The notes beneath the pieces are model-generated. The model saw only the letters and a list, made by a program, of their open reading frames with translations, was not told the origin of the DNA and did no database searches. The translations under genes and the position numbers were made by a program. From the NCBI GenBank assembly GCA_965112735.1, contig OZ218951.1:1116001-1180000 (forward strand): DNA of 64,000 bases, read 5' to 3'. Of this stretch, positions 27,070-37,900 are shown one piece after another. The number at the start of each line of letters is the position of its first letter. Position 1 is the stretch's first letter. Source of the stretch: Phaeosaccion multiseriatum (taxonomy: Eukaryota; Protista; Ochrophyta, other classes).

Positions 27070-27108
<39 letters not shown>

Positions 27109-30100
27109 CCCGCCCCCCCCTCCTCCTCCTCGTCGACACCCTTGGCGCGCTCGTTCAGTCGCTTGGCCATCTCGTCCTTGGCGTTTGACTCGCCGGTGGT
27201 CTGCAGGCCGATGACCACAGACTCGCCCCTCTCAATGGCCTCTTTGGCCTCTTTGAGGGTTTGGGGCACCTTAAGAGCCGTCACATGGCTGCGGCAGGCC
27301 CCCTGATGCGCGTTCCAAAACAAGGATTGGATCATGCCACTACGCAGAAAGTCCTTTGCCTCCTCTGAGCCCTGGGCGGCCTCAGGCAGCTTCTCATCCT
27401 CGCCCAGACCCAAATACTCTCTGGCTTCGTGGTGGAGAGAGTCTTGCATGAAGGCCAGCCTTCCTTCGGCTACGGACTCGCCTTCCTTTAGCTTGGCCAT
27501 ATCCGTCGTGCAGAGCAGGGGCGTGCCCTCGTCCCACTCCGCCTGTTGAGGGGTTGGGTGGGGTGGGAGGGAGGGGGAGAGGGAGAGAGAGAGGAGTAGG
27601 GGAGAGAGAGAGAGGGAGGGGAGCGGAGAGAGATGAGTCAGCGAGAGCAAGAGAGGGGGGAGAGATTGGGAGAGACAGAGAGGGCGAGATGGACAGAAAG
27701 AGACAGAGAGAGCAGGGACCGAGAGAGAGAGAGGGGGCGGGGGACAGAGTCGACTGACTGCCTCCCGAGCTGCCTTCCTGCCTCCTGACGGACACCGGTA
27801 CTCACCCTGCCGCTCTTGATGTTCTCGAGGTCCCTGACGGCTTCCCCCAGAGCGAGGAACACCCTCCTGAGAAAGCGGACCATTTCGTCATAGGCCTTGA
27901 CTTGCTCGGCCGTCAGCTCCGTCTCCACCACGAGGAACTCTGTCGCCGTGGGGGAGGGAGGGAGGGAGGAAGGGGGGGGGGGCGACAAGACGGCGACGAA
28001 GCAATCAATCCATCAATCAGCACACGAAGCAGGAAGGAAGCAGGAGAGAAGCGACCTGGAAAGAGCATTGCAATACAAGTAGTGCTGTCTGTCTGTCCGT
28101 CTCTCTCTCTCTCTCTCTCATCAGGTCATTCTCTCCTCCCATCCCCGCCCCTGCCCTCCCTCCTTGTCCCCCTTCCCTCCACTCACCAGCGCCCTGCATG
28201 CAACGAAACTGAAACTCTCTCCTCATTGCAATACAAGCAACGCTCTCTCTCTCTCTCGCAAGTCGTTCCCTCCTCCTCTTCCCTCCTCCCCCGCCCTCCC
28301 AGTTTGTCCCCCTCCCCTCCACTCACCAGCGCCCTTCATACTGAGAGTCCTGCTCAGCATCTTGCCTGACTGCACAAGGTCCAGCGTGACCAGCTCCATG
28401 ATGCCTGTCTTGACGGGGGCGCCCACTTGAAACTTGGGCAGAGTGCGGTGCTTCTTCTGTGTGGACTTAATCACCGCCTCTCCTTGCAGCCCTTGCAGGA
28501 ACATGTCAAAGTGATTCGGTGCAATCTTGGGGGTGTACTCTGCCTTGTAGCGCTCTGCGTACTCAGGGGTCCAATTTGCAGGGGTGCCAACTCCCCACAG
28601 GCCCAAGCGGGTCATGTAGCTCAGGTTGTACGGCTCCGTCGCGGCAGTGGCCGATGCATAGACGATCTGATTGGACGGGAGTTCGGGGTGTGTGGGTGTT
28701 TGGGTGTGTGGGTGCGTGTGTGGGTGTGTGTGTGCGCGCGCGTGCGTGCGTGTGTGTGTGTGTGTGCGCGCGCGCGTGTGTGTGTGTGCGTGCAGAGCGA
28801 TGCACAAGAGAGAGGGGGGAGATGAGGCAGAGGGGAAAGAGGAGGAGAAGGAGGGCACACAGGGCAAGGAGCGCAGAACCACGTTAGTATGCATCAGGAG
28901 GGCGCGACTCGCGACTCGGAAACAGCACCATAAAAACCACGACAAGAGGGCCCCTCGCCCCCTCTCGTTTGGGCGCCTAAAGGGAATACAACTGCTTTGC
29001 TTGTTGCTTCTTCACCCATTCCCATCGGTTGCCATCTGTTGTTCCCACCTTGGCTTTGGGGAGCATGGCCTGCAGCCAAATCATGGCAGCACCCGTCTTG
29101 CTCCTGGAGGGACGGGGGAATGGCACCAGACGGGGAGGGAGGGGACATGAGAGAGGAGGGAGAGTGAGTGAGTGAGTGAGTGGGGGAGGGAGGGAGAGAG
29201 AGGATGATGCCCACCCTGCTCAAGTCTCCAAGTCTCAGTGTTAGCGAGTCAGCGTTTACCCAACAAGTGAACAAGTAGTGAACAAGTCCTCCTACACCCA
29301 CCCACCCACCTGCCCTGCGGAGAATGCGCGGCCTTTCCCTTGTGCGACTCGTCAAACACAATGACTCCGTCGAAGTCAAGGCATCCGTTGACCGACGAGC
29401 TTGGGCCTCCTGGGGCCTTGCATCTGGCGCACTCGCCACACGCCAGCCACAAGATAATCTGCCAGGGGGGGTGAGATGGCGACGGCGCGTATTCAGTACT
29501 CACGTACGTAGGAAGGTTGGAGGGGGGGGGGAGGGGAAGAAGGAAGGGGGAGCAGGAGGCTGCGGGAGGGGAGGGTGTGGTGGGGGACAGTAGGGGAGGG
29601 GCAGCGGGTCTTCTCCCTCGGACCAAGTCGACCCCATTGCCTACGATCGGATAGATCGGTGGAGAGTAAGATCAGTAGATGATGGACTGGACTGGAATGT
29701 GCTTGCCCCATTGTGCCAGCCCCACGCCCCCCCCCCCCCCCAAATCGCGATATATATATAATGATATAATGTTACCTGTTCCGCTCTGGAGCTGCCCTTC
29801 TTGGGAATGCGCACAAACGTGTTGTAGGTGGAGAAGAGCACTCCCTCGACCAAGATCTCGCTAATGTCACTCGAATAGTCGCACTCGCTCAGAAGCTCTG
29901 TGTGCATGTCCGGTGCCTCGATGGCCTGAAAGTCGCGATCGGCCGCCGGCTTCAGGTCCGACGACGCGGAGAACCACACGGCCCGCCACATGCCCTTCCT
30001 CTTGCGCTGCGCCTGCCCTCTCCTCAGCGTCCGGAGCTTCTCCTCCGCCTTCTTCTTCGACTTGCCCTGGGCGGGTGCGTGCGGGTGTGTGTGTGAGAGA

Positions 30101-31417
30101 GAGAGAGTGTGCGTGTGTGCGTGAGAGAGAGAGAGAGTGTGTGTGCATGTGGGTGGGTGGGTGGGTGTGTACGAGAGAGAGCGTGTGCTTGGTGCGTGTG
30201 GGTGTGAGAGAGAAAGAGAGAGAGTGTGTGTGTGTGGGCAGGGCGGGTCCCCGAGCAAGAGGACCAACCAGGCACAAGGAAGTACTTCCAAATGATGCCA
30301 TATGCTGCCAAATGGTGGTAGAGTAGGACCCCCACCCACCTTGAGTTTCTTGATGGACTTCTTCAATACCTCGGTAGCCTCATCGTCGCTGCAGTCGCTG
30401 TCGTCGCTATCGCTACTGTCGCTGTCGTACTTGCCCTTCTTCTTCTTGCTCTTTTGGTCCTTCCAATCTGCTCCTCCGTCCCCCTCCATCAACCGCCGCC
30501 TCTCTGTGAAACGCTCCTTGTCCTCGAGCATGGTCCCTGCGATGCACCTTCCTTTCCCCATTCCTGCCCCGTCCCCCAGCAGAAAGCCCCCCGCCGTGCC
30601 ATCCGGGTTGGTCTGGAGAAGGCGCTGATAAGTGTAGGCGATGGTGTCTAGCTGCAGCTCGGAGACGTTGCCCTTTGTGCCCTGCTCCAGTAGCCGGAGG
30701 CAGGGGGTGTAGGTCAAATCGGGCTGGGGGGGAGTGCGGGGGGGGGGCAACAGGGCAGTGTATGGGGGTTGAGAGAGAGAGAGAGAGAGAGAAGGGGGGG
30801 AGGAGTGGAGTGGGGGAGGGGGAGGGGGAAAGAGAGGGGGTTTGAGGGAACAGGGAGAGAGGGAGACGATAAGGGAGATGGAGAGTGATGAGAAACTGCA
30901 GAGCACAGAGGGAGGGACAGAGGAGAGAGAAAGGGAGAAGAGAAAAGGAGGCAGATTGTGATGCAACGAGAGAGGCAGCAGAGGAAAGGAACTGCCGGGG
31001 CTGGAGAGACAAGAAAGGAAATGGCGGGGCTAGAGAGACAAGAAAGGAAATGGCGGGGCTAGAGAGACTAGAAAGGAAATGGCGGGGCTATAGAGACAAG
31101 AAAGGAAATGGCGGGGCTACACCACCGTCTGCCCTCCAATCTTGCGCGTCCTCTCCTTCCCCCCGCGTTGTGCCCCTACTCACCATTTTGACCGAGGCCA
31201 TCGTCTTGTTCTGCACAGCTGGAGCGGGATGCCGCGGGGCCCCCCATTCCTTGGCCTTGTCGTGCACCTCATAGCTGACATACGTAACCTCCTCCGACGC
31301 GTGCTCTGTGTTGGTGCCCTCTCCCTCCTCAGCAGCATCCACTTCCGCGGGAGCCCCGAGGATTCCTGCTGCTGCCGCTCCCGCGGCTGCGATTGCAGAA
31401 GACAGAGCCGCAGACAT
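21121..31417 (-). CDS. SBNO: Strawberry notch homolog (P-loop AAA_34 plus Helicase_C_4-type domains), multi-exon
   Basis: Conserved SBNO motifs [89 protein letters not shown] and [22 protein letters not shown]. Confidence 0.93.
30984..31119. repeat. 29-bp intronic minisatellite, ~4.5 copies, in SBNO intron 1
   Basis: Unit GAAAGGAAATGGCGGGGCTAGAGAGACAA repeated with few substitutions. Confidence 0.9.
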
Positions 31418-31807
31418 AGAGACACCCTTTGTAGAAGTGGAGCACTTTCAATCCGCCCTCATCCCCCTCCCTCTCTCTTCCAAGTTTCGTAAAGCGATTG
31501 TAGCGTTCGAAAAGGCGGGAGGTCTGAAACTGCAATTCATTTTGGCGCCAATTACTCACGCTCGACAAACATAAGTCACTGAACCTCAGGTTTTATTCGT
31601 GCAAGATCCGGGCAGGAAAAGCGCTAAATGAATTAAGCAGGCTCAGGATGGTCCCTAGCAAGAGTTTTCCCCCGGCGGGTGTTGAGTTTGGTGGATTCGG
31701 CACATACAACAGTGGATTGCTGGCAGCCAGACACACACACACAGGAAGGAGAATCCAGACAGCTTCCCTCTTCCTTCTCTTTCATAGTAAACACTGTCCT
31801 TTCAGAT

Positions 31808-32887
31808 ATGGCGGACAGGGACGAAGGAAGCAGAGAAGGCGGGGCAGCAGCGGAGCGAACCCTGGAGACACTCATAGACAACGCGGTGAAGCCCGCCGTA
31901 GAGAGCCTGGCGCTCAAGAATCAGATAAAAAAGCATGTAGAGGCAGCGTTGGCGCATCTGATCAATAAACAGGCCAAGGAATCCCTGCAAAAACTACTTA
32001 ACGAGCAGGGGGGATTGAACCTCACCGTGGAGTTGGAGAACGGGGCTCAAGGACGCCCCCCCTCCCAGGCCCAGCGACGTCACTCGTCCTCTTCGGACGA
32101 TCACGAGGGAGAGCGCAAGCATGACGACACCCGCCCAGGCAGCAGCGGCGGCGAAAAGCGAAAGGGCGAGGCCCAGGCGCAGCGAGATCACGCCTCGTCC
32201 TCGGATGGTCTCGACGCCAAGCGCCAGCGCGGGCAAGAGGACAGTCCAGGCAGTCATGCCTCCCGCACCTCTAACTTGGAGAGAGCGGGCGCGCCCTCAG
32301 CGTCGGCGGGGTCAAGCACGGCTGGCGCCAGCATCGAGGCCGACCTCAGCAGCTCGTCGGACGACGACGACGACGAGGAGGAGGAGGAGGAGGAGGAGGA
32401 GGACGAGGAGGACGAGGAGGAGGAGGACGACCACCGCGACGGGGACTACAGGCCGGCAGTCTCAGGTCAGTGATTGCTGATGATGTGCGTCACTCCTTTT
32501 GGTCCAGTCCTCACCACGCCGATGCTCTCAGACTATGCCTACGTGCATCGTGGAAGCGCCTGACTGACTCTAAGAGCTTCGCCCTAACGAGAACAGTTGC
32601 TTGTACATTTGCTGAGCCGCCTCTTCGGCCGCTTTCCCCCCTCCTCTGTGTTTCAGATGCGTTCTCCAAAAACAAGACCAATAAGAAGCCCAAGGCCACA
32701 AGGAGCCGTACCCAACGCCGGAAAGTGCAGGGCCGAGGCGTGTGAGATGCCGAAAGAACCCGTGGGTTTCTGCCAGAAGCACTGCCCCAGGAATGGCGGG
32801 GGGTCGCGGACAGCTGCCGGCGCTGCGATACTGATTAACTCCACGCTTTGCAAGACGTGCAAGGCCGCTGAAGAGGCCAAAAAGTAA
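31808..32887 (+). CDS. Hypothetical nuclear protein (helical N-terminus, acidic tract, basic stretch, C-x4-C-x9-C-x2-H zinc finger); apparently frameshifted, possibly a pseudogene
   Basis: Exon 31808-32466, GT-AG intron, exon from 32657. The spliced frame stops at 32745, while the finger CRAEACEMPKEPVGFCQKH lies in the +1 frame from 32723. Confidence 0.55.
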
Positions 32888-33072
32888 GCTCACGAGAAGC
32901 CCCGTCGCCAGGCCCGCGGGCAACAAGTTCAAAGAGTGGAAGAAGATACGCCAAGAGGAAAAGGGGTGCGGCGGGCAGGGTGAGGCACTCACTCTGGGTG
33001 GTGGTGGGGGGGGGGGGGGGGAACTCGTTGGTTGTTTAGGAGGCAGGAGAAGCTGTCGTTTTTTTAGCAAGA

Positions 33073-33281
33073 CTGGAGCCAGCTCTCATACCAAAGAATC
33101 TGTGGAGAAGTATTGGGTACAAGAGTCAAGGAGTATGACCGGGGAAGCGGTAGCTTTAGAGCGAGATACCAAAGAACCTGTGGAGAAGCATTGGGTACAA
33201 GCGTCAAGGAGTATGACCGGGGAAGCGGTAGCTTTAGAGCGAGGCTGGCAGCCAGCTCTCATACCAAAGAATCTGTGGAGA
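33073..33281. repeat. Intergenic tandem repeat, 78-95 bp unit, ~2.3 copies
   Basis: ATACCAAAGAA(T/C)CTGTGGAGAA starts at 33088, 33166 and 33261; the sequences between these starts are also near-identical. Confidence 0.9.
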
Positions 33282-33345
33282 ATTACCTTTCAACTTTCAA
33301 CTCCCCCCAACTGGAGACTCAAAACTGGACTCGGAGGCAGACCAC

Positions 33346-33548
33346 CTACTCCACCACAGCATCCTCTCCCCCTCCCTGAGGCCCCTGAGGCCCCTGAGGC
33401 CCCTTCCCATCGCCCTGCTTCTGCTGCGCTACAGCCAAGGCCGCTGCCTGCTCGTGGTCGAGGAGACGCAGTACCCAGTCCTCCGCCGCTCGCACGCCCG
33501 GCTTCTTCACCACGAGCAATCTCTTGTCCTTGTCGTACACAAACGACA

Positions 33549-33580
<32 letters not shown>

Positions 33581-34880
33581 TCCAGGCCGCTCCTCTCCAG
33601 CACCACCGCCTCCGGGACGCTCTCCACCCCGACCACCACCACCCTCTCCACGGGGTTGGCAAAGACCTCCTCGCTACTGCCAGGCGTATCACCAACTCCT
33701 CCAGCTGCAGCAGCACTGCCATTGTCAATGCTATTACCCGCCCCACCTGCGGTGCTGCAGCTGAGCGCTCCGTCCTCGAAGCGCAAGAGGCGGAGGCTGG
33801 ACTGTCCCTTGAGCCTGTAGTCGAAGCTCTCTTCATCGTCCATGTAGAGCCGGCCCTCGGCCGTGCCCGCTGATGAGAGCGCTACCACGAGCGTGTAAGG
33901 GTCCTTGCTCATCAGTTTCGAGCTGCGCCTCAGCCTCCCCTTGGTGGGGATGACGGTACCGCCTCGCTGCAACACGGGCAGAGGAGCGTCGATGGCAGCC
34001 GACAGCTCTATCCGCCGGCCACCCTTCTCATCCCCTCCTGCGAAGCGCTCATGCGTGTGCATGTGGTACCAAACATCAGGGGAGGAGGGCGATGACGACG
34101 GAAGGTAGAGGTCGAGGCTGTCCTGCCCCTGAGCAGTTACCGGCTTGACCAGGAGAGCGCTGCCCACCATCCACTGGTCGTCCATGTCGAACGTGGTGGG
34201 GTCGTCGGGAAACTCCATCCACATGGGCCTCATCATCGGGACTCCTGACGTGGAGGCCTGCGAGTAGAGGGTGGTAGTGGTGGTGGTGGTGGTGGTGGTG
34301 GTGGTGGTGATGAGGGGGACATGTGGGAGGGAGGGATCGGGAGGGAAGAGAAGGGAGAGGGAGGGTGGGTATGAGGGGGACAGAAAAGGATTCGAAAAGC
34401 GCACGACAAACAAACGGACCGAAGCCTTCATAAGAAAGAATACAAAAATGCCCCCTTACTCCCTGTGAACTTCACCTTAACCTTACTTAATGATACTTAA
34501 CCCTTGCCGCCCACGGATGTAAAACTGATCGTCCGCTTCCATCTCGCCTTATACACACACAGGTGATTCTTTCGGTTGATTCCCATAAGTCAATAGAATC
34601 CCCCCCCCACCACATCTTACACGCAACTCACCTCTTGAAAGAGCGTGTACCAGTAGGGAAGGAGGACGTAGCGCTGCACAACGGCCTCTCTGATTCGAGC
34701 TGTCCAAGGCTCTCCGAACACCCAGGGCTCCCTCCGCTTACTGTCCAAGTGGGCGTGTGATCGGAAGAAGGGCTGAAGAGCTCCGGCCTGGGTGGTGGTG
34801 GGAGGGGGGGGGGGTAGATGGAGTAGTAGTGGTAGGAGTAGTAATATAGTACAACGAAGTAGTATAGTTAAAGGAGGAGA

Positions 34881-34957
<77 letters not shown>

Positions 34958-37900
34958 CAGTAGTAGTAGTAGTAGTAGCAGTAGTAGGAGGAGTAGGGTT
35001 TCCGAGTGTAGGAGAAGAGGCGGAGACGAGGGGGAGGAGGAGGTCGTGAAGTTGCTGTACGGGCCGTCCCATGATGAGGAAAAGAGAGAGGGCGTGTGGA
35101 CAGACTACAGACACGAAAACAAACCATGCTTCTTTCTCTACTCATCCATCCACCCGGACCCAACCCAATTCAGTCAGTGTGTCCCTGCCGCTTGATTGAC
35201 TGACTGAGTGATTGATTGATTGACTCATTCATTCATTGACTGAGTGGGATTCATTGACTGATGTGTGCACCTCTTGTCGTACCTGCATCCATCTCAAGAA
35301 GAGCTCCGCGTCAGGGTTGCCGAAGAAGCCTCCCACATCGGCCCCTACAAAGGGCAGCCCGGCGATGCCCTATAATAGCAAAGAGGGGAGGGAGGGAGGG
35401 AGGGAGAACACAAAAAGTACGGCAGAAGGGAGGTAGTGAGGGAGTGATACACAGAGACACGCTCTGTCTGTACTTTTACGTCCGAGGCATATGAGCAGGT
35501 GGATGGGTGGGTGGGTGGGTGGGTGGGTGGGTGGTAGGGCGTATTTCCGGCGCCACTCCATCACTCCGCCGCATTCTTCGGAACGGGCAGGGCACCGTCT
35601 CCTCCACGCCAGCCTTGCACGTGAGCACGCACAGCTTACTCCGGCGCACGCACCCTCCTCTCGCCGGGGCCCTTACCGCTGCCCCCCCCCTCAAAGCTTA
35701 CGTACGTACGTACGTACGTACGTACCATGGACATGAGCATCTTGCCCGAGGCCTCAAGGTGTGCCCAGTCCGCCGTGTTGTCTCCCGTCCATATGGCGCC
35801 CCACCGCTGGCTGCCCGCCCAGAAAGACCGGCTCAGCACGAACGACCTGCGCAAGTGATGCGGGCGGGCGGGCGGGCGGACGGACGGACGGACAGAGAGC
35901 AGGGCAGCAGTTGGTGATACAGCAGCGGCGATGGCATGGCAGTGCCGTAGAAAGAGAGAGCAATACAAATATATATACAGTGAGAGAGGGTGGGGGGAGG
36001 GGAGAGAGAGAGGGAGAGAGAGAGTCAGTCGTAGTAAAGTGTCAGGCGGAAGTCAACTCGAGGGCTTCGGGAGAGGGAGTTTCAGCTTCAGTTTCAATTT
36101 CAGTTTCAGCTTCACGACAGACAGAGCAGTCGGGATGTCTCTGGAATGCCTCAGGTGTTCCTCTCTCTCCCCTCCCCTTCCTCCCTCCCTCCCTCCCTTC
36201 CTCCCTCACCTCCCTCCCTCCCCTCCCTCCCTCTCTCCCTCCCTCCCTCCGTCCCTCCCTCCCTCCCCCCACCAACTCACTGCCTCACCTGGCGTTTTGG
36301 TCGGGGTGTCGCTGCACGAGGCCCTCTGACGTGGCTCTCTGCATGTACATGCCATAGAGGTTGTGCCACTCACTGAGGGTTGGCGACGACGACGAGGGGC
36401 AACAACAGATGGCGAGCAATGAAGAATTGCATGAGGAACATTGGATGATGGTGCCAGAGGGAAGCAATCAACGCAGGGGGGAGTGGGTCTGTCGAGGAGG
36501 AGGAGGAGGAGGAGGAGGAGGAGGAGGAGGAGGAGGAGGAGGAGGAAGAGGACTTACCGATGCTCAACGCCTTGGATACTGAGGCAGTCCTTCTTCATGG
36601 ACACCTCTGGACCGTTAAACACGCTCGGCTCGTTCATGTCGTTCCATACGTGCAGGTTAAGAGTGCTTCCTTTGTAGTTGGACAGGGAGAAGCGGTCCTG
36701 CGGGGGGGAGGGGGGTAGGAAGGGAGGGAGGGCAGAGGGAGATGGAGGGGGGGGGTAGAGAGGAGGAGAGAGTGAGAGACAGAGAGAGAGGGCGGGAGAC
36801 AGAGACAAAGGGAATGCGGCATCTTATCATATAGGAATGAAGTGGGCAGCGCCGCTACTGACACTCCCATGACCTGCACGCACGCACTCACCGCCCACCA
36901 CTGCCGCACTGTGCTGTCTGTGAAGTCCAAGTAGGACGACGAGCCGGGCCAGCACCAGCCGTCTGAGCATCCCGGGATGGCAGTGGATGGGGAAGAGGGG
37001 AGAGGGGAGGGGAGAGAGAGGAGAGAGGAGAGGAGAGAGGGGAGGGGGGGATCGAGGGGAGGGGGGAGAGAGGAGAGGGGTGAGAGGAGAGAGGGGAGGA
37101 GAGGATCGAGGGTAGGGGGGAGGGGAAAGTTAAGGGGCTTGCGAGGTCTCCAACGTGCCAAACCAAATGTAAAACATTTGACCCAAGCGGGACCAAAAGG
37201 GAACCAATTGGTGCGAAACCACTCACCAAAGTCGTTTCCGTCCTTGTCCTTAATGTAGAGACCCTTCTTTGTGGCCTCCTTGTGAAGGTCCCAGCGTGAG
37301 TCCCTCTTGATGTGGGGGTCTACAATGGTCACCATCTTGCGGCCGTGGGCGGCGATGCGGTCCTGCATGGCCTCGGGCTCAGAGAATTTGTCCTTGTCCC
37401 TGGTGGGTTTAAGGAGGGAGGAGGGAGAAGGGGGGAGGGGAGGGAGGGGAGGGAGGGAGGAGGAGGGAGGAGGGAGGAGGGAGGAGGGAGGAGGGAGGAG
37501 AGAGGAGGGGGGAGGGGAGGGAGGGAGGGAGGAGGAGGGAGGAGGGAGGAGAGAGGAGGGGGGAGGGGAGGGAGGGAGGGAGGAGGAGGGAGGAGGGAGG
37601 AGGGAGGAGGAGGGAGAGAGGGAGGGAGGCAAAGCCAGCAAAAGAAAAGGGGCAAGAGTTTGGAGAGAGGGCGAGGGAGGAAGAGGGAGAGGGAGAGGGA
37701 GAGGGAGAGGGAGAGGGAGAGGGAGAGGGAGAGGGAGAGGGAGAGGGACCGCGGCAGGGAGAGGGATAGGCAAGAAGGGTCAGCAGCCACGACACAGGTG
37801 GGAAGCTTGACTTGGTGCTGCGTTCCCTTCGGCTGAGTAGGTGGCGACTGCTTGCTTCCTTCCCAGTCAAACTTGCCCCCTTGTCCGTCGTTCCCACGTC

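Noticed and set aside
29200-29345. Apparent GC donor or micro-exon in SBNO after FDESHKGK
   Set aside because: A canonical AG|GTGGGT donor at 29309 joins in phase to the next exon (RSKTGAAM).
33073-33281. CRISPR-like repeat-spacer pattern
   Set aside because: The would-be spacers are near-identical to each other, there are no cas genes, and the context is eukaryotic. It is a tandem repeat.
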